Positions 1-13,600 of a stretch of DNA of 64,000 bases are shown piece by piece (positions within the stretch are counted from its first letter, which is position 1; each line of letters opens with the position of its first letter). Source of the DNA: Monocercomonoides exilis PA203 (Eukaryota; Protista; Preaxostyla); NCBI GenBank assembly GCA_001643675.2, contig LSRY02000026.1, positions 558,001 through 622,000 on the forward strand, in the 5' to 3' direction. Under the pieces are notes generated by a model. That model did no database searches and was not told the DNA's origin. It worked only from the letters and a program-made list of their open reading frames with translations. Position numbers and translations under genes: made by a program.

Positions 1-3000
1 AGTCTGAGTGACGTGAAGAAAGAGAGAGACAGAGCGGTAGCAGCAGCGGAGGAAGAGACGAAGCAGATTGAGATGATGCGGGAGCAGAACGAGATGCTGA
101 AGAAGATGATGAGAGAGGAAGATGAGAGGAGGCAGAAGGAGGATGAGGCGAAGGAGAAGGAGAAAGAGGAGATGGAGCGGGACAACGACGAAATGGTGGC
201 AGAGCTGGAGAAGGTGGTGGCGAAGAACGAGAAGCTGAAGGAGGAGAAGAAGAAGATGAATGAAGAGCTGAAGAAGATGGCGGAGTCTGTGGGAGTGCTG
301 GAGGAAGAGAAGAGAAAGACGGAAGAGGAGAAGAAGAAGCTGGAGGCAGAGAAAGAGCATAAAGCAGAAGAAATGGCGACGTTCAAAGCAGAAATGATGA
401 ATATGATGGCGGCGGAGAAGGAGATGACGATGGAGGCGCAGAAGAAGCTGGAGGAGGAAGTGGAGGCGCTGAAGAAGGAGAAGGAGGAGAGAGAGAAAGA
501 GAAAGAGGAGAAAGAGAAAGAGAAGGAAGAGAAAGAGAAAGAAAAAGAAAAAGATTTGTTGAATGAAGAACAAGACAAAGAAAAGAATGAGCCGAAGCTG
601 TCACAGGATCAACAGCATAAGGAGCTGAAAGAAGAGAACGAGAAAATGAAGCAAGAAATCAGCGAAATCAAAGCAGAAAACGAGAAATTAAAAGAAAATG
701 CAGATAAAATGAGGAATGAATTGGATTCTTCAGTTGCGGGAAGGGAAGAAATGGAAAAGGAAATGCTGCAATTGAAGAAAGAAAAAGAGGAAGAGAAGAA
801 AATGTTTGAAGCAATTGAAATTGAGAAGGCTGCGTTGGAAGAAGCGAAGAAGCAAGCAGAAGAAGGTTTGAGCAGTTTGAAGAAGGAGAAAGAAGAAGAA
901 ACGGAGAAAGTGAAAGAGGAAATGAGAGAGGAAAAGAAGAAGATGGAAGAAGAAATGAAGCAACTTCAAGTGAATTTGCAGAGTTTGAGCGAAGAAAAGA
1001 GCAAAATGGAAGGGGAAATGAAGGAGAAAGAAGAGAAAATCGAACAAGTTCAGAAGGAAAATGTGAAACTTGCAGAAGAAGCGGAAGAAACGAAGAACGC
1101 GGAGAAGGAGGCAAAGAGAGAAAAAGAAGAGGAAATCAAAGATTTGAAAGGAGAAATCGAAAGAATTTCAGAGCAGAACGCAAAGGAAATAAAGGAAAAA
1201 GAGGCAGAGATCGCAAAATTAGCAGAAATGACAGCAGAATTAGGGAAAAACAGCCAAATTTCAGAGCAAAATGAGCAAAAGCACAAAGAAGAAGCGAGAA
1301 AACTGCAAGAAGAGAACAAAACGCTCAAGGAAACTGTGTTAAGAAAGGAGGAAGAAGTCAACAATGCGAAAGAAGAGGCAGCGAAGGAAGCAGAGAAATC
1401 GAATGCGAAACAAGAAGAAGTGCAAAGATTGATGAAAGAGGCAGAGCAGATGGAAGAGCAGCTGAACGAGGCGATTCAGAAAGCAGCAAAGCAGAGCGAA
1501 GAGAAAGACAATCAAATAAACAAGCTGATTACAGAGCTGAATGAAAAAAGCGAGCAATTGACAGGAAAAGAAGAGGAAAATGGCAAAATGAAAGAGGCAA
1601 TGCAGAAGATGACGAGTGAAATGGCAGCGATTCCGCAGCTGAAGAAGCAGATGGAAGAGCAAAAAACAGAATTGAATGGGAAAATGAGTGAAATTCAGAT
1701 GCAGTTGGAGAAAACGAGAAAGGAGAAAGAGGAAGAGCAGAAGAGCAACCAGAAGAAGATGGAGAAGATGGCACAGGAAATGGAAGCAGCAGCAGAAGCA
1801 AGCAAGAAAGAGGTGGATGTGCTGAAGAAGGAGAAGCAGCAGCTGGCAGAAGGGCTGAGCGAGGAGAAGGCGAACAGGGAGAAAGAGATGAAGAGAGAGA
1901 GGGCGATTTGGAAGGAGAAGGAGGAAAGTCTTTCGAAAGAGCTGGAGGAGATGAGGATTGCAATGATGGTGAAGCCAGCTGGAAGAGTTGGAATGACAGC
2001 AATCAATGAAATGCCGGGGGAAAAAGAAGGAGAGAAGGAGAAGGAGAAGGAGAAAGTGAAAGTGAATGAAGATGCAGAAGAAGAGGAAGAAAGGGACCTT
2101 TCGAAGGCAGCAGCAGCGGCAGCAGAGCTTTTGGAGAAAGAACAGCAAATTAAACAGCTTTTGGTGATTATTGAGACGAAAGAGAAGAGAATGAAGGAGA
2201 TGGAAGAGGAAAGAGAAGCAGAAAGAAAAGAGGCGAAGGAAGAAGTTGAAGCACAAAAACGCAAACACGAAGAAGAGATGGAAGCGATGAAGAAGGAGAA
2301 AGAGGAAGAGAGAGCGAAAGAAGCAGAGAAGGAGAAAGCGAAGTTCGAAGAGCAGGAAAAGAGCAGAGCGAAAGAGGCAGCAACGAAAGATGAGTTTATT
2401 GCGGAATTGGAGCAGAAAATGGCGAAGAAGAGCGAAGAGATGGAAGCAGCGCTTGCAGAAGAGGAGAAGAAGAAGAAAGAGATGAATGAAAAAAACGAAG
2501 CAGTTTTATTAGAAAAAGCGCAAATGATAGAAAAACTGGAAAAGGAGCAAGAAGCAGCGAAGAAAGAGGCAGCGAAGAGAGTGAGAGAGAAAGAAGAGGC
2601 GCTGAGGCAGAGCCAGGCAGAGCTTGGGCGGGTGAGAGGGCAGCTGACACAAGAAAAGGAAGCAGCCGAAAGGAAATTGAAGGAGACGAGCGAAAGATTG
2701 GAAGGGGAGAGGAAGAGGTTTGAGGAAGAGAGGAAGAAAGGAGAAGAAGAGAAGAAGAAGATGGCAGAGCAAAAGAAGAACATGAAGAAGGAGATGGAGC
2801 AGAAGATGGAGGAGATGCAGAAATTGAGTGTGGAACTTGGAGGACTGCAGCAAATGACGAAGGCGAAAGAAGAGGAAGAAGAAAGAATGAAAAAGGAGCT
2901 GGCGAAGAAAGGGGATGAAATCGAAGTTTTGTCGAATAAAAATGCAGATATTTTGAAAGAGAAAGAAAATTAGAAGGAAAACATGACTAAATTAACAGAA

Positions 3001-6000
3001 GAATTGGGAGAAGTACAAAAGACAAAGGAAAACATTGAAAAAGAACTGGAAGAGGCAAAAATGGAGAGGGAGAAGGAGAAAGAGCGCAATAAGAAGAGCA
3101 TTGAAGAGGTGATGAAGGAGAAAGAAGTGGTTACTTTGAGTCTGAAGCAGATGACGATGCAAAATGAAGAGGCAGAGAAGAGAAAAGGAGAAGCGAAGGA
3201 GAAAGAAGAGATGCTTGTGAAGGAGAAAGAGGAAAAAGGCAATGAAATCAAAGAACTTCAATCAAAAATTGAGAGCTTGCAGGCAGAAGCAGAGGAAGTG
3301 AAGAAGGAGAAAGAGCAAATTTTGAGAGAGAAAGAAGAAATTGAAAAGGAGAAAGAAGCAATTTTGGCTTCAAATACGCAATTTGTGAGTGAAATTGAAG
3401 GATTTAAGAAAGAGAAAAAGGAAGCAGAAGAAAGAAGTGCGAAAGAGGAGAACGAGAAGAGGAAGAGTGCGAAGGAAAGAGAGCTGCTGAAGAAAGAGAG
3501 GGATGAATTGAGGAAGAAAGAGGAAGAAAATGGCAAAGCTGCTGAAGAACTGCGAGTGAAGATGGAGGAGATGGAGAAGGAGAACGCGGGGTTGAAGGAG
3601 GAGGTGAAGAAGCTGAAAGAAGAAGTGGAAGCGAAAAAGAAGGAGAACAAGGACATTTTGCTGAAGGATGAAGAGGTGACGACGAAGTTGGAGGCGCTGG
3701 AGCAGATGAAAGTGCAGTTTGCGCTGTCGATTGAGCAGAAAGAGGAAGAAAACGAGGCGATTTCGAAGAAAGCAGCAGAAATGGAGCAGAAATTGAAGGA
3801 GAAAGAGGAAGAAGTGAAGAAAGTGACGATGGAGAAGGAAGCGATGGAGAGCGATTTGGAGAGGGAGAGGGAAGAGAAGAAAGGGATGGTGGAGGAGAAA
3901 GAAGGGCTTTTGGCACAGTTGGACGAGGCGCTGATGACGAAGGAGAAAGTGGCGAGGGAGAAAGACGAGGAGATGGCAGTGAAGATGAATGAATTGGAGA
4001 GCGAGAGGAAGACGAAGGAGGCGCAAGGGAAAGAGCTGGGCGAATTGAAAGGGCAGATGCAGAAGCAGAAAGAAGAGAACGAGAAGCTGAGAAAGACGCT
4101 GGAGAAGGAGAAGAGCGCGAGGAAAGAGGAGAACGAGAGGAGGAAAAAGGAGAAGGAGAAAGAGGAGAGCGAGCGGGAGAAGGAGAAAGAGGAGCAGGAG
4201 AAGGAGAATGAGGAGATGATGGAAGAGTTGGAGAAGATGGTTGATTTGAACGGGAAGGCGAAGAAAGAGAATGCTGAGCTTAAGAAGCGGAACGAAGAGC
4301 TGAAGAGGGAAGTGGATGAGACGAAGAATGAGATGAAAAGGAAAGAAGAGGAGATGAAGAAGAGGGAGGAGGAGAAGGAGAAGGAGAGGAGGGAAACGAT
4401 GCAGAAGGTGATGAACGAGAGAAAGAAAGAGAAAGAAGACATCAAAAAGACGAAGACGGAAATGGGATTGTTGGAAGAAAAGGTGTGAAAATGAGGATGA
4501 TGGTGCAGAGAAAATGAAATGTTTTAAAAAAGAAAATCATAAAAATAAAAAGGCTGCTTTGAGAAAAAAGGAAAATTTGATAAGATTTTCTTTAAATGAA
4601 AATCATATTTCTTTCTTTCTTTCTTTTTATATCAACCATTTTATCAATTATTATTATTTTTATTATTTACAACTTTTTCTCTTTATTATCGAACAGATTC
4701 GTCAGAACGAGCAGCAGATGCAGAAATTGAATGACGAGATATCTGAATGGAAAGAGCAGACGGAAGCGAAAGTGAAGGAGATTGAGCAGCTGCACGAGAA
4801 GGAAGAGGAAAGAGAGAAGGAGCTTTTGGAAGAAGAGAAGAAGCGAAGCGAAGAAAGGAACAAGATGGAAGAGGAGAAAATGATAATGCGGAAGGAGAGA
4901 GAGAAGGAGAAGGCGAAGGCGAAGGAGATGGAAGAAGAGCAGAACCAGATGCGGATGGAGGTGAAGACGATGAGGGAGGAATATCAGGAGATGACGCGCA
5001 GTGTGGAAGAGATGCGAGAGAGAGAGCGAGAAAGAGAGGCGATGAAGGATGTGGAGGCAGCGAGAGCTGAGATGATGCTTGAGGATGTGGAAGGAGAGAA
5101 AGAGAGAGGGAGAGAAAGAGAACGGGAAGTGGAGCAGATGCAGCGACGGGTGGGCGATGTGGAAGCAGAAATGGCAGCACAACAGAGGCGAAGCCAACAG
5201 ACAATAAGAGATCTGCAGAGGATGCTGGGAGGAGGAGGAGGAGGAGGAAGTGGAGGAAGTGGAGGAAGCAGTGGAAATCTGTCACAAGGGAGAGTGTTCA
5301 CTCCAACTCCTCATTTGCCGATGCATTCGGCAGCGCTGACGGCAGCGTCGCCCACGTTCCAGCACCAGCGCAGCATGTCTTCGGCGTTTGACAGAGAGAA
5401 AGAGAAAGAGAAAGAGAAAGAGAAAGAGAGGGAGAGAGAGAGAGAGAGAAGGAGGGACAAAGATGGAGGAAGCGGGCACTGGAGCTTGAAGGAGAAGCCA
5501 GTTGCTTTGAGCTCTTCTGTTCCTCTTTCTTCAGCTGATGTGGCGAAGGTACTGTTAATTTTTATTCTTCAATTTTTTTAATTAATTTTCTTTTCTTTTC
5601 TTTTCTTTTCTCTTCTTTTCTCTTCTTTTCTTTTAATTGCATTTGTTCAGATTGTTGGCCATCCACTTCCAATGAGCACCACTCCAACACTGCCAGCCAC
5701 CCCCACTTCACACCATACACAATCTCTAACATCTCTACACACTCCATCTTCTTCTTCTTCTTCCTCCTCCTCCTCCTCTTCTTCTTCTTCTTCTGGTTCG
5801 AATTCTGAATCTCCATCAACTTGTGTCAATTGTGTTCATCTCGAGGGAGTCGTCGTGTCATTGGCGAAAGAGCTGAAGTCTGTGCAAATAGACAGAGACA
5901 ACCTCAAAAAGATATTCATGAAGGAAGGGAAAGGAGGAAAGGTATGTTTAAACCACCCCCTTTTTTTTCATAAATATAAATATTTTTGATATTTATTCAT

Positions 6001-6326
6001 GAATTTGCATATTGTTAAATATGATTGAATATTCAATTTCATAATTCTATAATCCAAATATTGATTTATTATCTTTCGTTGCATTATTATAATTCCATCA
6101 TCTGTTGCACATTTCAATCATTGGTTGCATTTCTTCTTCTGTTTTTCAGGACGAAGCGTTGAGGCGCATTCACGATCTGTATGAGGAAGCGCTCCAGCGA
6201 AGCCTACAGCTTCAGAACGACATGGATGTGCTTGGAAATGATGTTATGCGCCTGTCCAGCGAGCTGAAGGCGATGAAAGAGAAAGAGCAAGAAACACACA
6301 GCAAGCAAATAACAAGAGCCGGATGA
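1..6326 (+). CDS. Large E/K-rich coiled-coil protein, copy 1 (5' end off-window). Exons <1-4482, 4697-5548, 5651-5941, 6150-6326; in-frame TAG at 2971-2973
   Basis: ORFs 13..2973 and 2983..4488 share a frame. GT..AG introns 4483-4696, 5549-5650 and 5942-6149 are AT-rich and join ORFs 4514, 5672 and 6105 in frame. Heptad-like E/K/M composition. Confidence 0.8.
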
Positions 6327-6965
6327 GGGTTTTTTTTTGAGAGCATCTCATTTTCACTTCACAAACTGACAATTGAATTTTCTATTCTTTTTTCATTTTT
6401 ATTTTCCTTTTTATTTCTTTTTGATTTTAAAAGTTTTATTTTTTGAAATATGCGTATTTCACAGCTTTTGAAAATTTGTATTTATTTTATTTGAAAAATA
6501 AGGTTATATGAACATTCGATGAAATTTTTTTTTCCTCGATAATTTAATGAAAAGTTTCATGGCATGTGAAGGGGTACGAAAGACACTAAGATTTGTAAAT
6601 TTAAAATTGTTCTTTGAAAATTTCAAATCTGTAGAATTCAATTCTTGTTTTGACATTCCAAATAAGATGAATTTTGTGAATGCTTGGAAAAGTCCTCAGT
6701 TGAAGAAGTTGGAATTGCATTTTCAAAATAGTTAATTCCATTGGAAAATGATTTCATTAAAGTGTTTAAATTCTTGGTTTTCACTTTTTTTTGGTGTATT
6801 TTGTGAATGATAAAAAAATGAAAATAAAAAATATGAGTTTCAAAACAAAATGAAATATATTTTATCGAACATTTACAAAATTATCCGAAAATTATAAGAC
6901 AATCCAACAAAAATATACAATTGAAAATTGTTTCAAGCAGCCATTTGCAGATAAATTATAAAAAT

Positions 6966-6966
<1 letters not shown>

Positions 6967-7007
<41 letters not shown>
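6967..7007. repeat. Poly(A) homopolymer, about 41 nt
   Basis: Directly visible. Confidence 0.95.
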
Positions 7008-7009
<2 letters not shown>

Positions 7010-7081
7010 GAAATTCAGAAAAACAAAATTCTAAACATCTCATTTTATCAAACATTTACAAAAAAAATATGTTGAATTTTC

Positions 7082-8086
7082 TTATGTTGAACATTCAAAT
7101 TCTAACCCTAAAAATGTGAGCATTTCATGAAAGCATGTGATTGTGCCTTCATATCCTTCTTCTTCTATCTGTTCAAATATCTTTCTTTTTAATTCGATTC
7201 TTTTTTCTTCTTCCATTTCGTCTTTCTTCTTTTCTTTCAATTTATTTAAAACATTCGCAAATAATTTCAATCCCCTAAATAATATTTCTTCATCCAACGT
7301 TGGTCGCTGAAATTCCTCCAAAACAGCATTTATAGCTTCCCCTTTTAACAAGTCATCAACTTTCACATTTCTATTTTTTGCTGCTTTTCTTAAGGAATAA
7401 ATGCACCAGAAGCAAATTTCTATTTTGCTTTCTCTTGCTGCTAGAAACACTTTCACAATGGTGCCAAATATCCTGCCAAATTCTTTATTCCACAACCTAC
7501 AGCATTTAAAGAAACACTCAAATGTTTGCAACCATCTCAACAAAACAACCTCTTCTTTTCCTTTTATTTCCTCTTCTTTCTTTCTCTTCCAATCCACACT
7601 TTTCAACAAGTCTTCCAACTCTCTATATGCTTCTTTTGCAAAATGCAGTTCATTAACAATCACTCCTTCAAGACTTTTGATGGTGAAAAATCTTTTAAGC
7701 AAGAACTGCCAAGACGATTAATAAGCAAGTCGAGACAGATTGTAATTCCTGATGATACAGGACGATCTCTTTGATCTCTTTCAAATACATCCTTTTTTCA
7801 ATTTTCTGTATAAAAGCACAAAAAGTAATGTCATTATCGTTTAAAAGCAAAGATATTGTCACACATTTCCTTCAAGAAAGCAACTAAAAGCAAGCGATGC
7901 CACTTCCACTTCATTTTGTGTAACCTTGTCTTCCTCTTTCTTCAAAGCCGCTTTCGCAAGACAAGATTTGAAAATTGGTATCAATTCCGAAGAATATCCT
8001 TCGCTAAGCATAAAACAACATTTACAAAGATCAGCCAATAGTTTTTCGTTTCCTTTTATTTTTGGCATAGGTCTTAATTGTATCAT
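7082..8086 (-). pseudogene. 5'-truncated, disrupted member of the lineage-specific helical protein family (EVEVA.LA / VNELHFA / EEEGYE motifs)
   Basis: ORFs 7859..8086 and 7082..7702 align by eye with 34109..34645 and 33289..34035; the N-terminal part is missing. Confidence 0.75.
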
Positions 8087-8305
8087 TTTGTTAAAGACAT
8101 TATAAAATCTAAAATTTATAAATTATTGATTGGCACAATTAATAAAAACTGATATCACTCGGAAAGAAGAAAAATAAATAATGTTAAAAAAAACTCTAAA
8201 AATATAAAATGAGCAAATTCCCATAATATTTTCTTTTTTTGAATGAAGTTAAGACAATATATTTTGCTTTATGAATTTTGTTCCATTCAATATTTACGAA
8301 TATTT

Positions 8306-9108
8306 GGTAAAATGTAACATATTGGGTCCGGAATTTTTTTTTTGAAATCATCTAAAATTATTTCCAAAAAAACTCCTTTGTTGAGAATTTGATAAATAAC
8401 TGAATAATTAAGTTTCAAAAATTAACAAATAAGAAGTGAATTTCTGTATCATAACCAAAAATTGAATTGGAATATTTAAAAAAGAAGAGAAATGTCATAT
8501 TTTTTAATTCATTTTCTAACATATATCCTTCTTTATTTAACTATAATCATAAAATTCTCTAAAAAAGTAGTTTCCGTTAACAGAATCTGAAGGTATTTTT
8601 TCATCTTTAATGTTTTCTTTTCGAAATTCACAAAATATGGGGGAAAATATAAACTTTCAAGCTTTAATTGCTCAAATCATAAAAAAAATTGTTACTTTTA
8701 AAACATTTTTAAACTCAATCAGATTTCAAAATAAATTGGTTTTTCATAACTGCATATAGTTATAATAGATGTTATTTCATAAAGTTTTGTGACCTCACAT
8801 GTATTTCAGAAAATAAACCCATTTTTTTCTGATTTTTTGATCACAAAAAGTCAATGAAAAGTGAATAAATTTTCTTTGAAAATGCTTAAAGTCAAATATT
8901 TTGTTACATATCTCATATTAATCTGTCCCATTTTGCAAGTGAAAAAGATTGAATATCAATATTCTGTAAGGATTTTTTAACAAGAATCATGATATATCAA
9001 AACCAAGAACATCATTCGAATAATTTTTTCATTCGAGCGTGTTCCATAAGCTAAAGTTTTCATAATATTTCACAGCAAAAATTGGGACCCAATTTGTTAC
9101 ATCTTACC
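8306..9108. mobile_element. Non-autonomous MITE, probably Merlin/IS1016 family
   Basis: Imperfect TIRs GGTAA(A/G)ATGTAACA(T/A)ATTGGGTCC at both ends; exact 8-bp TSD GAATATTT at 8298-8305 and 9109-9116; no ORF. Confidence 0.85.
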
Positions 9109-9612
9109 GAATATTTTTCTCAATTTTTGAATATTTCTATAATTATTTGCATTGTTACGATCGTTTTATAATGAAATGAATAAAGAAAATGTTTTGAACA
9201 AATATTAATTTATTTCATAATTTCAAAAATTTTGCCCCAGTTTAAAATCCAATTTAACAACTTTGTGGAGTGTAAAGCGATTTTTAAATTCAGTACTTAG
9301 CCTGTGTTACAAGTGCGAAAATACCTCGCCATGTCAGTCAAATTGAATTTCTCTCATCAGAAAGAAAAATATGGGTGAATATTTTTGAAATCATAACTAT
9401 TTTCGGGAAAATGATTTTTTGTATGATGTTTGTCATTACATGAGACATTGTGTTAAAATAGTTGATTTATCACAACTGCTATGAAAACATATGTTTTTGG
9501 CTTTAGAAAAAATGAAAATGTTTTTCATAGGCCTTTTCACTTTTCAGTATTCTTTTGTAAAATTCATGAAATATTTATGAACTTAAAATTTTTGGAAAGA
9601 AAAAATATGATA

Positions 9613-10656
9613 CAGTCTGTCTCAAAAAAATGTATATCTGTCTTTTTTTAATGTCGATATTCCTGCAATAAATAAAAAATAAATATCCCACGCCCGCCTT
9701 TCGTTGAAATTAATATTTTAGCAACATGGAAAATATTCAACTCTTGTGTACCAGAATAGTTGAAAAGAAAAAGAATATTATAGAATCAGTAATAAGCATT
9801 TTAAAATTCAGAGTAAGTACAGTGTCTTTCTAGGCTGTTCATACTTTGGAAGAACGTATTCATCAAACTATAAAAATGAGAGCAGCAATAAGAACTGATA
9901 AAGTAAAAAACAGAAAATAGAAGATCAGAGAAATGTTGGAATTCATGAGAATCGAAAAATGAAAAATCCATATACAAATGCAACTGACACAAAAAGAAGG
10001 AAATAACAAAATCTTTTTTAAATCTAAGGTCAGGAGAAGAGCGAAACTTGGTACGCGAATGAGTGCATATTAAAAACAATTACAACAGCTAGACAATTGT
10101 CGAAATTGAAGGCAGGAATAGACATTACACTTTTATTACATCAAAAAGGAAGAAAAAAAGGGTTAAGAACGAACAATATCAATCAATAGTTCGTAAAAAA
10201 ATGAAGCAAAATCCTTTGAACACAATGAGGAAAAAGGCATCCGAATTGTCAAATCATGGAAGCCTGACAGGAAAATCAACTATTTTCAGTATTCTTACAG
10301 AAAAAAATAAAGAGACCCAAAAATATCCAATCTTTTCCTTCAAAAGAATAACAAAGAGAGAATCAGCGGCAAATACTGAAGAAAACAAAACACTCCGAAT
10401 TTAATTTATCGAAAAACTCAACGAATATCAAATGGATGGTGCAATGATATTTTATATAGATGAAACTTTCTAGAATATAGAGTGCATAAAAAAATATGTA
10501 TCATCCACAGTTGGAAAGAAGGTTCTAATTCCACCTCCACCAGTTTATCAGTCTCTAACTACCATTACTTCAATATTTCAATCAGGAATGTGATATTCCG
10601 AAGTTGTCAGGGTGTCAATAAACCATGAAGTCTTTGAGGCATATATTAAAAGATTT
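9613..10656 (+). mobile_element. Truncated Tc1/IS630-like DNA transposon with a degenerate DDE transposase
   Basis: TA|CAGTCTGTCTCAAAAAA Tc1-style left end at 9611-9630. Translation gives ...STIFSIL...FSFKRIT... then IFYIDET (first catalytic D) and INHEVFEAYIK. Several stops; cut off near 10657. Confidence 0.7.
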
Positions 10657-13600
10657 GGCATAGGTGGAAATTGTACCACTTTCAGTTTGGACTTTTTCAA
10701 AATTTGAATATTATGGTGTTAATCTACACAATTTAACTAAGCGATCCAAGGAGGGAAAATTCGAAATTCGACAAAAAAATTACTTTCAAAAATTTTAAAT
10801 TTTCTGCACCCATAATTTTTTTATTTTGATCATATTTTATTGAAATTTCTTTTTCTTGCTTTACATAGTTTGAATGAATTAATCAATTCAATCGAACAAG
10901 ATTAAATATAGTTTTTATTGTTTGTCTCGATGAATATTTACTTATATTACTTTTTTTCGTTGCTTATTTTTATTGATTTGATTATTTATTATTTCACAAG
11001 TATTCGCGCAATTATTAGTTTTCACTTTCAAGATAAAATAGATAACAACTTATATAAAAGGAATTAACATGATTGGTTTGAAAAAATATTCGAAATAGTA
11101 AGAAATTTATATGCATTTAATAATTATTGATTTATATTCTATTATTGGTAATGTATTCGTAGGAACTGGGATGAATTTCTGTTTATGAAAGGAGAAATGA
11201 AAAGCTGGGTTGGGGCAGATGTATTTGTTGAGCGAGGTTAAGGAGCAGTTTGCATTTGGAAAGGTAAGAAAAGAAGAGGGAGATGGAGAACATTGAGAGT
11301 GCGTCGAGTTTGCTGTTGCAAGAAAAGGAAGATGAAGGAAATGGGAGAAGTTAAATGATGCAATGTATGGAAGAATGAGGTTATCACCGAAAATTCACAA
11401 AAGATTGCCTTGTGGTTTTACAGAGAGATTTAAAATTTCGCATTCTTTGTTATTTTTTCTCGCATTGTTGATTTTTTTTTTTTCATTTCATCTTTTTTTT
11501 TCGTTCATTGCTGTTTATGGTTTATTGTTGTTCGTGCAAAATTATTTTTTATTCCTGTTTTTAACAAAGGATTCACAACAAGCTCGATTATAACTATGTA
11601 GACATGTTTTATTTAGGCTTTGCAAAGCTGCTGACATTTGCAAACGCATTTATAAAAGAAATGAGTGTGAATTAGCAAAAACTTGCTTGAAAATTAAACA
11701 ATTAATTTTATTATTCATCATTTTTAAAGTATCTATAAATTAAAATTTAAAAATCAACAATGAATAAATAGGAAATTCAAATAATTTGGAAATAATTACA
11801 AAGCTTTTACGAAAAATTGCTTCTGCTCAGATCAGGAATTATGTACAACTCTATCTACGAGTGTGATTCGATATTTGTAACGCAGCGCTCGAATCGACTT
11901 TTTTCTTCAACAGCCACAAAATGCAACCGTGGCTAAGTGTGAACAAATGACTTTTCCAAGATTAAATTCTTTCTTGCAAACTTGGGATTATCCCTTATTT
12001 TAGCAAGCTTAAATATTTCGACACCAACCGCCCACTCGTCACACTGAAGAGCGTTGTCAAAGACGAAGAGAGAGAATTCGTCCCAATCACACTCACTGTC
12101 TTCCCTCTCCCCAAAACAGAAATCTTCTTTTCCCCAACACTGATCGTCGCCCCTTCGCTCACATGCCTCCCACCCAGCAACGTGATTGTCGAGCTCAGCT
12201 GCGCCATGCTCGACTCCACTGCATGCCCCACCGTCTTGCACGGTGCTGCCTCACTCATCCCACACATATTGCTCGTGTCATTTCCACTTACCCCAACAAA
12301 CCGATCCTTCATCCCTTCCTTCAGCCACCATTTCTTTTCTGTGTGCTGATACACCCAATCATTGTCGGCATAACACACTCTCTTTTCATCAACATTCGTT
12401 GTATACGATTCAAAGAATGGGTTATCCGATGAGAAGAGATTGTTTCCATCATAAAAATACACATCGTGGCCATATGGAGTGGAATTACTGCATCTGCAAT
12501 CATGGAAGAAGAAGAAATAACAATAATGATTGCTGCTTGGGGCTGTTGATTGACTTGGAGCAAAACACAATCCTCCGCCAACTGATACTGCTGTGCACGA
12601 AATGAACTGGAGGCTCCTCATTTTGATTGCAGTCGTACATTTAGACAACACATCCCTCCACTATACGAACCTGTAAGACAACATGAAGTGAAGAAACACT
12701 CTAACACACAAGCGCTCTCTCCTTAAGCACTTTCTGCTTCAATGCATCCTTGCACCAAAACCTGAAAATTATCAAGATCAAGACCTCCTCCCCAGCCACA
12801 AGCAGAACATTTTCGAAATTCACATCCGCTGATCCGAACAAATGATGAAATCACATAAATACACATCCCTCCACCACATTGATTTTGCGCGGTGCATGAG
12901 TTGAACGTATTGTTTTCAATCTCAACAGATTTGATTTTTGCACACATAACTCCCCCTCCATCGTAATGGGCATAACAATCATTGAATGAGCAGTGCTTAA
13001 TAGAAACTGATGCGTTTGATTGGCCATACATGCAGATGGCCCCACCATTTGAAGCAATGTCTTCCCATGTATTTTCTGTTCCGGTCGTCCTCGATCCACT
13101 CCACTCACACCAAGTGAATGTATTCGCTCCATTATCTGTTGTGTTTTGTCTCAAAGGAGTCAACTTTCTGTCTGATGTTCCTTCACATACAACATTCCTT
13201 GTCCTGCAACACCCAATGAATGAGGTGTTTGAGGCTGTTAAAGAGGCAAAGGGATTGTTGATGGAAGGAACAATTCCACCATCATATGCATCATTAACAA
13301 ACGAGAATGAACAGCTGTTCATAAAACAAGAGGTTTGTGAAAATGTAGTTGTTGAATGTAAGCAAGCATCATTTGCTGTTGAGATGTTGAAAAATGTGAG
13401 TTTGGAGAGGGATATAAGGGAAATAGAAGGTGAAGCGAAATATTGGCAAAAAGATGAGAAATTAAATTCATTCACAGAAGTTCTTCCTTTTCCTTCTCTT
13501 CCCCATATCTCTTAGCGCTATATCGTAAAATATCTCAATATTGCCGTGCTCATTTTTCTGCCTCTTCTGCTGCTGCTTCCGAAAAGATTTTTGTAAATAA

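Noticed and set aside
2971-2973. TAA/TAG reassigned to Gln, as in some oxymonads and diplomonads
   Set aside because: Kilobase AT-rich ORFs contain no TAR codons and use CAA/CAG. The homologous DIRS ORF2 terminator is TAG, TGA and TAA in the three copies, so all three act as stops.
383-5301. Many long minus-strand F/S/L-rich ORFs (also 44193-48522)
   Set aside because: Antisense shadows of GA-rich coiled-coil coding sequence
6967-7007. Poly(A) tail of a retrocopy
   Set aside because: No TSD or recognisable upstream body; the adjacent pseudogene is on the opposite strand and appears to retain an intron
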